From positions 20,398,001-20,462,000 of the forward strand of contig NC_135801.1 of NCBI RefSeq assembly GCF_964213995.1: a stretch of 64,000 nucleotides of DNA, in the 5' to 3' direction. The stretch's first letter is position 1, and every line of letters begins with the position of its first letter. Source of the stretch: Mustelus asterias. Lineage: Eukaryota. The position numbers and the translations under genes are program-made. Below the pieces are notes generated by a model. That model did no database searches and was not told the origin of the DNA. It saw nothing but the letters and a program-made list of their open reading frames with translations. Shown here one piece after another: positions 1 through 13,286 of the stretch.

Positions 1-2450
1 TTTGAAAAACAACCCTCCACAACCACCTTCTGTCTTCCGTCATCAAGCCAATTTTGTATCCAATGGCTACCTCACCCTGGATCCCATGAGATTTAACCTT
101 ATGCAACAACCTACTATGCGGTTCCTTGTCAAAGGCCTTGCTAAAGTACATGTAGACAATGCTGACTGCATTGCCCTCATCTACCATCTTGGTTATCCCT
201 TCAAAAAACTCAATCAAATTCGTGAGACATGATTTTCCACTCACAAAGCCATGCTGTCCCTAATCAGTCCTGGTCTCTCTAAATGCCTGTAGATCCTGCC
301 TCTCAGAATACCTTCCAACAACTTACCCACGACTGACATTAGGTTCACCGGTCTGTAGTTCCCAGGCTTTTCCCTGCAGCCCCTCTTAAACAAAAGCACA
401 ACATTTATTACCCTCCAATCTTCAGGCACCTCACCTGTGGCTGTCAATGATTCAAATATCTCTGCTAGGGGATGTGCAATTTCCTCCCTAGCTTCCCACA
501 ACGTCCTGGGATACATTTCATCAGGCTCCAGGAATTTATCAACCTTGATGCGCTTTAAGACTTCCAGCACCTCCTTCTCTGTAATATGTACGCTCCTCAA
601 GACTCACTATTTATTTCCCCAAGTTCCCTAACATCCATGCTTTTCTCAACAGTAAATACTGATGAGAAATATTCATTTAGGATCTCACCCATCTCTTGTG
701 GATCCGCACATAGATGACCTTGTTGATTCTTAAGAGGCCCTTCTCTCTCCGTTGTTACTCTTTTCGCCTTTATGTATTTGTAGAAGATCTTTGGGTTCTC
801 CTTTGCCTTATCTGCCAAAACAATCTCGTGTCCCCTTTTTGCCCTCCTGATTTCTCTCAACTCAATTCCTACGCCCCCTATACTCTTCAAGGGATTCACT
901 TGATCCCAGCTGCCTATGCATGTCATGTGCCTCCTTCTTCTTCTTCACCAGGGCCTCAATATCCTGAGTCATCCAGGGTTCCCTACTTCTACCAGCCTTG
1001 CCCTTCACTCTAAGAGGAATGTGCTATCCCGGAACCCTGGCTAACACACTTTTGAAAGCCTCCCATTTACCAGACATCCCTTTGCCTTCCCACAGACTCC
1101 CCCAATTAACTTTTGAAAGTTCCTGCCTGATACCATCAAAATCGGCCTTGCCCCAATTTAGATTATTAACCTTTGGGCCAGACCCATCATTCTCCATAGC
1201 TATCTTAAAACTAATGAAATTACGGTCACTGGTCCCAAAGTGATCCCTCACTAATACTTCTGTCATCTGCCCTTCCTTATTTCCCAAGAGGAGGTCAAGT
1301 TTTGCCCCCTCTCTAGTCAGGCCATCCATGTACTGAATGAGAAATTCCTCTTGAATACACTCAACAAATTTCTCTCCATCCAACCCTCTAATACAATGTT
1401 GGGAAAGTTAAAATCCCCTACTATTACCACCCTATTTTTCTTGGAGCTATCTGTAATCTCTTTACATATTTGCTCCTCAATTTCCTGCTGACTATTTGGG
1501 GGCCTGTAGTAAATCCTATCAAAGTGATCTCTCCCTTCTTATTTATCAGTTCTACCCATATTGACTCAGTGGGCGAACCCTTGGATATATCCCCTCTCAT
1601 TACTGCCATGATGTTCTCCTTAATCAAAAACTCAACTCCCCCTCCTCTCTTACCTCCTGTTCTATCTTTCCTATAGCATCTGTACCCTGCAACATTGAGC
1701 TGTCAGCCCTGCCCCTCCCTTAGCCATGTTTCAATAATAGCCAAAGTACCCCAGTCCCATGTACCCATCCATGCCCAGAGTTAATCTGCCTTGCCCGTCA
1801 GGCCTCTTGCATTGAAATAAATGCAGTTTAATCTCGACTTCCCTTGCTCTCTCAGACCATCTGTCCTGTCATGTTTTCTTTTTCCTGCCCTCCTGTGCAG
1901 CAGAGCAAGCCACAGTATCATGAACTTGGCTGTTGCCACCTTCCCCTGGTGAGTCAACTCCCCCAACAGTATCCAAAACGGTATATCTGTTTTGGAGGGA
2001 GATGACTGCAGGGGACCCCTGCACTGCCTTCCTACTCTGTGTCTGGTGGTCACCCATTCCCTATATCCCTCAGTAATTTTTTTTCTGCGGTGTGACCAAC
2101 TCACTGAGCGTGCTATCCACAACTTCCTCAGCATCATGGATGCTCCAAAGTAAAGCCATCCGCAGCTCCGGAGTCGGTAAATGGTCTAACAGGAGCTGCA
2201 GTTGGACGCACTTCTTGGACGTGAAGGAGCCAGGAACACTGGAAAAATTCCTGAATTCCCACATCGCACATGAGGAGCATGAATGGGTCTTTGATCTCCA
2301 GCCATGACTTAATCCTTAAGTTAAGTTACAACAACTACAATGCCAAGACAAAAAAAAAAGAGAAAATAAAGAAAGGAAAAACTACTTACCAGTCAATCAC
2401 TTACCTGGTGGCTGTGACAGCATGGTTCGATTTCTTTCTACCTCTCACGT
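1..2450 (-). mobile_element. Decayed CR1 LINE: 5' end, ORF1 remnant, ORF2 endonuclease and start of RT (runs off the left edge)
   Basis: Minus-strand fragments: ORF1 SSCAMWE..KKCVQLQLL and ISLQNRYTVL; ORF2 LNCIYFNARGL, REGAKLDLLL, SDRN (SDHN), ENPKIFYKYI, PGNYRPVNLMSVVGKLLE. Many frameshifts. Confidence 0.9.
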
Positions 2451-4005
2451 GCCCCCCCCCCCCCCACATCTCCCTCACAGGTCTTCCCTCCCCCCGAAGA
2501 TGAGCACTTTTTTTCCTTCAACACCAAATTCCCACTCAATTCCAAATTCCCGATACCCTCACTCTGGCTGAATCTCAAGTAGATTGATTCTTGATGCGCA
2601 AATGGGTGAAAGGGTGTCAGAGAGAAGCAGGGACGTGGAGTTAAGATTAAAACCAGCTCATCCATGATCTTATTGAATGGTGGAGCAGGCTCAAAGGGCC
2701 AACTCCTGCTTTGTATATTCAACATTGGTTTATTCATAAAACCCAGTATAACCCAAGACTATTTTTCCCTTCCACACAGATTCCCCCACCACAGATGAAA
2801 ACTGGTTCTTATACATGCCCTGATCTTTCCCCAATTAGTACCAGCTATTCTTGATCACAATTAATTAGAGTATATACTCAATTGTCACAACATTTGTAAT
2901 ATTAAAGAGGGGTAAGCTCATGTTCTTCATTGAAATAGTGTAGTGAAATCTTCAACATTTACCCAAGGGGTGAGGCAGCACCTCAGTTTAACATCTCATC
3001 CGAAAATGGTCAGGATTCTTGTGCTCATGTCTCTGGTGTTGAACCTGCAACCTTGTTCTTCACAAGGTGAGGGTACCACCCTGCTGGACAACTGGCATTC
3101 TAACTGATGGCTCAGTGATGTTGTCCTGGTGTGGTACAGGAAAGCCCCACCTCCTCGCTGAATTAATTGATCTTAACCATTTTAACAGGCATTGACATCT
3201 CAGCAACCCTGAATAGGATAAGGATTAAATTCCCAATTGCCATAGGGTCATCTACTTGATTAGATAGGGAGATTCTATTGGTCACTCTAACAGGTCATAA
3301 CATTGCTCATACATTGCAATTTAGAGGTTATGTTGCTTAACCCGCATAATGCAAAATGAGGGCTCCTGTTTTATGGTGATTATGTCCCATATCCTTTTCT
3401 ATTATAGAACGTACGAGAGTCCTTGAAGTATTTTTAAGCACTAAGCCCAGGATTGTGGGCATACTTGTACACAATGGCCAAAAATTTCCCATCTTTCCCA
3501 CTTCGAGAATCTAACAGGTGAGACAGAAAATTCTGCAGATAATTTAAAGGCCCGTTGAGCTCGGGCTGAAATTTAAGGTCTTGGGGGATGCACGTGGGCT
3601 GGAAAATCCCACCCAATGTGTTTGTGATAACCCCCATGAGGCCCATTGGGAATCACTAATCGATCTCCCTGTGGGACCTATTGAGTACAAGTTCTTCTGG
3701 TAACCCCAAATGGCTTGCCCAGCTGGAAGCCTTGAATAAGGGCAGACCCAGGACTGGGCCTATAGAACTGCAGTCCCAGACAGGGACTCGCGTGTGTGTG
3801 TGTGGGGGGCTTTACCTTACATTCTGTAAATAAATGATGTTCCTTTCCAGTCGGGTTTCCTGAGTTATTACAGCGTTTAAGCGAGGAGGAAGAAACATTT
3901 CCTTGCCTTTCTCCAAATTTGATAGATACAGCATTTTCCATATTAAGGAAAAGCACTGGGGGGAATTCTGGATAGAATTCCACCACTCCGACTAAATTGA
4001 TCCCT

Positions 4006-7000
4006 TGTTATGAACACAAACAGGCTTGAGAAAACCAAAGAAACTTAAAGGCCCATTCTTGATCACAACAAGAAAGTAACACAAACCAAAACCACAAAGA
4101 ACTGAGTGAAATTTAGGTGGATTTTGAGCTCATGGTCTGTCGTCCCAGATAGACAGACGGCAAACAACGTTATTCTGGAGTGTGAGAATTTACAAAGTAT
4201 ATATGCTGAGTAAATGCAACAGATCTGGCAGAAATAGGGTGACAGGAAGATGCATTTACGTGTTACTTCCTCTCACATAACAAAACACCTCGTGAACCCA
4301 CACAACACATACCGTTTGTTATTACACATTTACAAATTAGGTGATCAGCCCATTAAACAAATATAGATTTTAAAGAACTATAAAATGCATGCATATCTAC
4401 AGGCACCAAACACTTAAAACAAATTATAGAAGAATCAGCCAAAAATTAACTTTGAGAAATTTGGATGATATTTGTGGGTAATGTTGCATATTTCCAGAAG
4501 TGACATTGAATTGGAATTAACTCCAAAATATTGCACGAATTTCAACAATATTTGAGCAGAGGACTGCAATAACAATGTGCACTTTCCATTCTACATCCCG
4601 AATAACACTAACCAACAGTAGTAATAACAGTAAACATTCACACAATGCAATTTTCTTTTAAAGTAGAATAAACGTGCTCCTTACAATAGGCAGGGATCAC
4701 CAGTTCAGGTAAATCATAAGACATTTTAGCAGAGAAGCAGCCAATTGGCTTGCATCAGTATTAGCTGCCCACTCTATTTTCCACCTACTCTTTCCTCAAT
4801 AGTCTTCAAGTGTTCACCTGATTTTCAGGATTAGCGAGGTTCAGTAGTCATTTTGTTAGGGTACGCATCAAGGTATATCATGCATTCTTATCCTTACATT
4901 TCTCCAGAAACGTCAATGGATTATGATCAGTGGAAATAATCATCTCTGATGAATTGCTAACACCAAACTCAATGTCTCTTTCCCAATGGTCAAATATTTA
5001 TTTTGATGACTGTTCAGTTTCCTGGAAGAATATCCAATAGGACTTTCTATCCTTTCATCGTCTTCTTGTAATAGTACAGCACCAATGCTCATATCACTTG
5101 CATCGATGGCCACCTTGAACGGTTTTACATAATTTGGTGTCGCCAACACTGGTGTGATGGTTAACACGGTTTTCAGGCTGTCAAATGTTTTCTAACACTC
5201 AAACATCCACTGGAACTTTGTGCTTTTTCAGCAGGCCGTCAGTGGAGCAAACACAATGCTAAACGTTGGCATGAATTTCCTGTAAAAACCACTCAGGCCC
5301 AGGAATCTCATTTTTTCCCTCATCAATGGTATTTGGAACTCCCCAATAACACGGATTTTCACATTCCATGGGTCACCTGTCCATGTCCAATCGTATGGCC
5401 TAGGAATAGGAGTTGAGCTTTTGCAAATTCACTTTTAGCCAAGTTTACAATCAAGCACGCCTCCTGAGGGCGACCGAACGGTTCATACAGTGCAGGAGGC
5501 CATTTGGCCGATTGAATCTACACCGACCACAATCCCACCCAGGCCCTATCCTCATAACCCCAGGTATTTACCCTAACTAGTCCCCCTGACACTAAGGGGC
5601 AATTTAGCATTTCCAATCCACCTAACCTGCACATCTTTGGACTGTGGGAGGAAACTGGAGCACCCAGAGGAAACCCACGCAGACAGTGACCCAAGCAGGA
5701 ATCGACCCTGGGTCCCTGGCGTTGAGAGGCAGCAGTGCTAACCACTGTCACCATGCTGCCCATAACCGGTACAGACCATTTGGTGTCACAAAAGTACAAA
5801 TGGAATTCCTTTATCCCAATCCTCTGGATAATAGGCCCTCAACATGGTCTTTAAAGTTTGATGCCATTCCCCATGATTCTGGAGGATAGCAGTCGATTTA
5901 AATCACTTCACTCCCAAGCTATCCATAACTTCCCTAAATAAGTTTGATGTAAAATTGGATCCTTGATCTGATTGGATTTCTGTGGGTAGTCTGTATCTGG
6001 TAAAAAAAAAGTATTCCTGGACAATCCTTTTAGCTGTATCGTTGCGTAACAAAAAGTCCTCCGGAAATCTAATAGACACATCCAATATGGTCAACAAATA
6101 CCGATTCCCATTTATTGTGAGGGGACACACACAATAATTTAGGACCCCCGTAAAAGGTTCCTCAAAAGCTGGAGTGAGTATTAAGGGTACTTGTTCCATT
6201 ACTGCTCGAGGTATCTATTACCTGAAATGCATGACAAGTCCAGTAAAATTCTGTTACATCTTTCTGCAGTCCGGACCAATAAAAAAGTGTTTTTGAATTT
6301 TTGCTTGAGTTTTTTGTATTCGTAAATGACCTCCTCCTGAAGGAACCTCATGTGTTATCTGCTACACCTCTTTTCTATAACCCACCAGTAATACAACTTG
6401 ATGAACCTCTGCCCATTTCTCATTTGCCTGAAAACGTAAAGGTCTCGATATCCTCAATAAGACAACATTTTTAATGTAATAAAGCTCCAGTGTACACTCG
6501 GATTCTTCTTCTGTGTATACTTTCTGATACAACTGCTTTCTCTCTACATCTTTCTGTTGTAATTCTGCCAACTTTCCTGAACTAAAAATATCCGCTTCAT
6601 CCTCCACCTGTTATCAACCATCTGGTCAAAAATTGATCCTGATAACTGAATCTCAGTCTCCTGATCTTTACTCTTTGAATTCTCCTCCTCCTGTCTCAAC
6701 CTGTGGCTTTGTGATCTTGTTACCAAATAGTCAGAAAATATCCCAGGATATGCTTTCCTGCAACACCTCAGTTGTTTGAGTTTCCACTGGCATTTCAACA
6801 CAGTAGGCATCACTCCCACCTGTGAACCAGCTATATTGTTATCCAGGATAAACTATATCCCTGGAAAAGATCATTTCTCTATTACTCCTACCATCACTCC
6901 ACAATTTGTCACTGCACTCTCCAATCTTACCTTACATAATGCAACACAACTCTTTTCACCATGAATTCCACATATTACCACTTTTTCTGGCAATATTCCT

Positions 7001-8100
7001 TCCAAACTACATATCTCTTCATCTCTCACCATTAAAGATTGATTTGCTCCTGTATCTCTAAAAATGTTAACTTCATTACCTACTCCTCCTGGTACATGCG
7101 AATAAACTTTACCCACACAAGTAAATTCTTTAAAGAGATCTGGCACTTGCTTATCAACCAACCCCTGAAAAGGCTGTACATTTTTTTTTGTACCTCTAAC
7201 TTAAACCATGGTTTCCTTTACTACTTAAAAAACCCACTGGCTTATCCTGTTTTACCACGTCAGTCTTCCCAGTGCTTTTCTTAAGCCACCAATGCTGTGA
7301 CTTCATGTGTCTAACTTCATTACCATGAAAACATCAAAGGTTTCTTATTTCTCTTCCATCCTCATGTTTCCTTTTTAACCCGAGGTAAACCATCCTTACT
7401 ATCAAACAAAGTTACTTGCTTCTGGCACTAGCTTATATGAGCTTCAGGTGGCTTTCTTCACCTCATCATAATCCTGAGATCCCTAGGTGTCTGATATGAA
7501 GCAAACGCCTCATTAGCTCTACTTAATAACTTCATTTGAACCAATGATACCCATATAGTCTATGGCTATTTTACTTGTTTAACTACTTTCTCAAATGAAA
7601 TTAAAAAGTTTCTACATCTTTCTCTTCAAACCTTGGCGGAAGTTGAATATATTTAAACAGATCCCCACGAGGCCTTTGACAATGGTGATTTGATTCTTCC
7701 TCACTATCCTCATCACTACTCCCAACTTTTACATTTGCCTCCACCAGTTTAAGTTGATGTTTGCTTTTCAGTGGCACTTTCCAAAATCTCTTTCTTTTTC
7801 CTTTTGCTCCATCAGGACTATTCTCTCTCTTTCCCTTGCAACGCTTTTTTAAATATTTCCACTGCAATTGCCTCTCTCTTTCTTTTCCTTTAAATTGCAA
7901 TTCAAACATTTCCTTTTCATGTCGCAACGGTCTTGATTCATTTTTCTGTTCAAGCCGTTTCATTTGTAATGTAATTTTAGCTTTTCCAATGATTCAAACA
8001 GTGTTTTTGGCAAATTCAATGAGGGAGAGAGAGAGAGTCCAGATGACCCTTTGTCAAAGCCCTTTGCCTTTGTCAAAGTCTTTCAGAACCAGGCAGCAAT
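4006..8100 (-). mobile_element. Decayed Gypsy LTR retrotransposon, Gmr1-like order gag-PR-INT-RT-RH
   Basis: Gag-like LPPRFEEKDVETF (7963-7601); protease IFRDTGANQSL (7161-6871); integrase EIQSDQGSNFTS (6199-5903); RNase H VAIDASDMSIGAVLLQE..YSSRKLN (5167-4940). Outer limits are uncertain; 4006 is a TGTTATGAA LTR-like terminus. Confidence 0.85.
5484..5761 (-). mobile_element. tRNA-derived SINE (HE1/V-SINE-like) with CR1-type tail, nested in the Gypsy pol
   Basis: Head with box A/B-like motifs (CAGTGGTTAGC, GGGTCGATTCC) and body shared with about 20 copies in the window. Confidence 0.9.
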
Positions 8101-8720
8101 TCACTGTTTTAAAATGAAAGATAAACTGTTTGCAGATGAAATATTAATACTAATTAGTAACTAATATATTACAAACTAAGCAGTGATATATTATGTTTTT
8201 TTGTTAAAGCCTGAAACAAGTACCAGAGTAGCACTGGTCTGCCACCATCCAAAGACAAGTCGGTCCCCGACAAGAGACAGGGCAGAACTAGTAGCCAAGA
8301 CAAAATATACCTGACAAACATTCAGAAAAGCTTATGAATTTCATTGCATTTGTTCTGCAACTCAAGTGGGACAGAAGGATTTAGAGAGTTGTTAAACATA
8401 AAGTCAAAAATAGCCAAATGAAAAAAGATTTTTTTTTTAAAAAACAGAAAACATTTTAAAACTGTGCGAGAATCAAGCACTCACACGTCGGGTTTGGTAG
8501 AGGCTATGGTAAAGTTGTGTCCCAACAACAAAAGTGTACTCCCTATTCTAATAGTGTGAATTTTGCCCCATGTCTCAGAGAAGGCAGGTGAAAAGATGAT
8601 AAAATGACCTACGCATCATTTTAGATTTAAAGAGTTTCCTCTTTAAATCTAAAATATACAGTATTTTCCTGTTAAAATCAGACAGTCTGCAAACTATTGT
8701 TTATAATACAAAATGTTATC

Positions 8721-9408
8721 ATCAGAAGGACCTTGGGGTCCGGGTCCATAGGACTCTTAAATCGGCCTCGCAGGTGGAGGATGCGGTCAAGAAGGCGTAC
8801 GGCGTACTAGCCTTCATTAATCGAGGGATTGAGTTTAGGAGTCGGGAGATAATGCTGCAGCTTTATAGGACCCTGGTTAGACCCCACTTGGAGTACTGCG
8901 CGCAGTTCTGGTCACCTCATTACAGGAAAGATGTTGAAGCCATTGAAAGGGTGCAGAGGAGATTTACAAGGATGTTGCCTGGATTGGGGGGCATGCCTTA
9001 TGAGGATAGGTTGAGGGAGCTTGGTCTCTTCTCCCTGGAGAGACGAAGGATGAGAGGTGACCTGATAGAGGTTTACAAGATGTTGAGAGGTCTGGATAGG
9101 GTAGACTCTCAGAGGCTATTTCCAAGGGCTGAAATGGTTGCTACGAGAGGACACAGGTTTAAGGTGCTGGGGGGTAGGTACAGAGGAGATGTCAGGGGTA
9201 AGTTTTTCACTCAGAGGGTGGTGGGTGAGTGGAATCGGCTGACGTCGGTGGTGGTGGAGGCAAACTCGTTGGGGTCTTTTAAGAGACTTCTGGATGAGTA
9301 CATGGGATTTAATGGGATTGAGGGCTATAGATAGGCCTAGAGGTAGGGATATGATCAGCGCAACTTGTGGGCCGAAGGGCCTGTTTGTGCTGTGGCTTTC
9401 TATGTTCT
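8721..9408 (+). mobile_element. 5'-truncated young CR1 LINE (ORF2 C-terminus and 3' UTR)
   Basis: Open ORF LYRTLVRPHLEYCAQFWSP..RGDLIEVYK..FFTQRVVGEWN; (TTCTATG)n tail; candidate TSD ATGTTATC at 8713-8720 and 9409-9416. Confidence 0.95.
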
Positions 9409-10770
9409 ATGTTATCTGCTGATATTATATACAAATGCAATACTATACACAAGTACTTCCAATGTGCAAATGCTTTCTCTGCAGATACTTTCAAACTAGC
9501 TGAAATTTAATGTCAGGCTCTGGATTCACAGGACATCATACACTGCAAACCATGCATGGAAGTTTGGGTATTGCAACCAATACAAAAATCACAGACTTTT
9601 CAGTAAACAGGTTCATACAGCTGCTGTTTTTTCCTTGGGTGACAAAAAGTAGTGTGAAAAATTCAAACTCTAACAAGTAAATTCCCAAATTTATGCTGAT
9701 GTGGGAGAGATATTTGTTCTAACCCTTCCAAAAGTTGATTTTGCCTTTGAGGTACACAATGGTCAGAAACCAGCGAGTCTCACACCATTTGGGTTTGAAA
9801 TTGTAACTGATATAAATTCAATGCGTCAGAAACTTCCCTTACTCCATGTTGTCTCTTTTCTGTTGGACATGCATATCATAGGTGCTCTTCTACATTATTC
9901 AACCATATTGACTCTTCAGTTCAATCCATCATATGATCACATTTGCTGAAATTCATTTTGATTCAACACCACCACAGACAAAATAAGGCTTCTCACTAAA
10001 TGAATGGAGGAAAATACTTGCAAAGAAATGGCCCGTGCAATGAGCATCTTTGCATTGTGCCATTGGATTCTTGCCTCTGTTAAAAATTATGATTTTAATA
10101 TATTAAACCATATAAAAGACAAATCGACAGAGCTAATTTGTTCAGCAGCTAACCGGTAAATAATTCCATTCCCACATTACACGTCGGCAGATTACTAAAA
10201 GAAGTGGTGGATATTAGTGTTTGATTCTTCATTTAGCTACAATAGATGAGATGGTAAAGAAAAGGATGTTTGTTAATCACAAGTAGGCTTACATTCACAC
10301 TGCAATGAAGCTACTGTGAAAATCCCCTAGGGAAACTGATGAGAGTGATGCAGATGGATTTATATTGTTTCCTCCCCCTCAGTTTCACCATCCTACAGCT
10401 AGCTGATGCACCGTCACACCATTGTCATATTAACAAAACAATTAAAGTTATCCTTCCTGATAATATTTAGTGAAGCATTAAATTGAAAACCATGGTAAGC
10501 AGATGGCCAAAACAACAAAACATTAAACCTCTACCGTCTCTACAGGGGTTGTTTGAGATGAGCACAGGTTCCCAGTAAAGTGACAAACTCAAAACACTTC
10601 AACAAGATCTCTCTACAAATCAATGTATCGGCATACAAAAAAAATTACTGGTGATATATTCCAACTCTGCAGCAATCTTGCCCTCTCTGCCAATTGTTAG
10701 AACAAGCCATCATATTCACTTTATCTTACTTCCACAGTGCAAACAAGCATTTTCCAATAACATAACTTAT

Positions 10771-13286
10771 TTTTTTACTTGTTCATGGGATGTGGGTGTC
10801 GTTGGCTGGGCCAGCATTTATTGCCCATCCACAAGGGCAATTAACAGTCAACAACATAAGAACATAAGAACATAAGAAATAGGAGCAGGAGTAGGCCATC
10901 TAGCCCCTCGAGCCTGCCCCGCCATTCAATAAAATCATGGCTGATCTGACGTGGATCAGTACCACTTACCCGTCTGATCCCCATAACCCTTAATTCCCTT
11001 ACCGATCAGGAATCCATCCATCCGCGCTTTAAACATATTCAGCGAGGTAGCCTCCACCACCTCAGTGGGCAGAGAATTCCAGAGATTCACCACCCTCTGG
11101 GAGAAGAAGTTCCTCCTCAACTCTGTCTTAAACCGACCCCCCTTTATTTTGAGGCTGTGTCCTCTAGTTTTAACTTCCTTACTAAGTGGAAAGAATCTCT
11201 CCGCCTCCACCCTATCCAGCCCCCGCATTATCTTATAAGTCTCCATAAGATCCCCCCTCATCCTTCTAAACTCCAACGAGTACAAACCCAATCTCCTCAG
11301 CCTCTCCTCATAATCCAAACCCCTCATCTCCGGTATCAACCTGGTGAACCTTCTCTGCACTCCCTCCAATGCCAATATATCCTTCCTCATATAAGGGGAC
11401 CAATACTGCACACAGTATTCCAGCTGCGGCCTCACCAATGCCCTGTACAGGTGCATCAAGACATCCCTGCTTTTATATTCTATCCCCTTCGCAATATAGG
11501 CCAACATCCCATTTACCTTCTTGATCACCTGTTGTACCTGCAGACTGGGCTTTTGCGTCTCATGCACAAGGACCCCCAGGTCCCTTTGCACGGTAGCATG
11601 TTTTAATTTGTTTCCATTGAGATAGTAATCCCATTTGTTATTATTTCCTCCAAAGTGTATAACCTCGCATTTCTCAACGTTATACTCCATTTGCCATATC
11701 CTCGCCCACTCACTCAGCCTGTCCAAATCTCTCTGCAGATCTTCTCCGTCCTCCACACGATTCACTTTTCCACTTATCTTTGTGTCGTCTGCAAACTTCG
11801 TTACCCTACACTCCGTCCCCTCCTCCAGATCATCTATATAAATGGTAAATAGTTGCGGCCCGAGTACCGATCCCTGCGGCACGCCACTAGTTACCTTCCT
11901 CCAACCGGAAAAACACCCATTTATTCCGACTCTTTGCTTCCTGTCGGATAGCCAGTCCCCAATCCACTTTAACACACTACCCCCAACTCCGTGTGCCCTA
12001 ATCTTCTTCAGTAGCCTTTTATGGGGCACCTTATCAAACGCCTTTTGGAAATCCAAAAACACCGCATCCACCGGTTCTCCTCCATCAACCGCCCTAGTCA
12101 CATCTTCATAAAAATCCAACATGTTCGTCAAGCACGACTTTCCCCTCATGAATCCATGCTGCGTCTGATTGATCGAACCATTTCTATCCAGATGCCCTGC
12201 TATCTCCTCTTTAATAATGGATTCCAGCATTTTCCCTACTACAGACGTTAAGCTGACCGGCCTATAGTTACCCGCCTTTTGTCTCCTTCCTTTTTTAAAC
12301 AGCGGCGTAACATTAGCCGTTTTCCAATCAACCGGCACTACCCCAGAATGCAACGAGTTTTGATAAATAATCACTAACGCATCCACTATTACCGCTGACA
12401 TTTCTTTCAATACCCTGGGATGCATTCCATCCGGACCCGGGGACTTATCCACCTTCAGTCCCATTAGTCTACCCAGCACTGCCTCTCTGGTAACATTAAT
12501 TGTATTAAGTATTTCTCCTGCTGCCAACCCTCTATCGTTAATATTTGGCAAACTATTTGTGTCCTCCACCGTGAAGACCGACACAAAAAACTTATTTAAA
12601 GACTCAGCCATATCCTCATTTCCCACTATTAACTCCCCCCTCTCGTCCTCCAAGGGTCCAACATTCACTCTAGCCACTCTATTCCTTTTTATATATTTAT
12701 AAAAACTTTTACTATCATTTTTTATATTAATTGCTAGCCTAGCTTCATAGTCTATCCTTCCTTTCTTTATCGCTTTCTTAGTCTCTCTTTGTTGTTTCTT
12801 AAATTTTTCCCAATCACTTGTTTCTCCACTATTTTTGGCCACTCTGTACGCAGCTGTTTTTATTTTAATACTCTCCTTTATTTCCTTCGTTATCCACGGC
12901 TGGTTCTCCCTTTTCTTACAATCCTTGTTTTTTGCTGGAATATATTTTTGCTGAGAACTGAAAAGGATCTCCTTAAAAATCCTCCACTGTTCCTCAGCTA
13001 TCCTACCTGCCAGCCTGCTCTCCCAGTCTACCTTAGCCAATTCATCCCTCTATTGCTGTAGGTCTGGAGTCACACGTAGGTCAGACCAGATAAGGACGGC
13101 AAATTTTCTTCTCTAAAAAGGACATTAATAAACCAGATGGGTTTTTGTGACAATCGACAATGGCTTCATTAGACTTTTAATTCCAAATTTTTATTGAATT
13201 CAAATTTCACCATTTGTCATGGTGGGATTCGAACCCGGGTCTCTGAGTTACTAGTCCAGTGACAATATCACTACACCACTTCCTCC
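10771..13286 (-). mobile_element. Older tRNA-headed SINE split by the CR1 insertion (pieces about 10771-10852 and 13052-13286)
   Basis: The two flanks join to match the copy at 24715-25222. Head contains GGGTTCGAATCCC; tail matches the LINE 3' end at 56880-56960. Confidence 0.8.
10853..13049 (-). mobile_element. 5'-truncated young CR1 LINE with an uninterrupted 694-codon ORF2 segment covering the RT domain
   Basis: KSPGPDG, NYRPVSLTSVVGK, QHGF, FLDFQKAFDKVPH, GVPQGSVLGP, KFADDTK; (AACATAAG)3 tail at 10853-10876; no endonuclease domain. Confidence 0.97.

Noticed and set aside
11157-12251. Several plus-strand ORFs
   Set aside because: Antisense shadows of CR1 ORF2.
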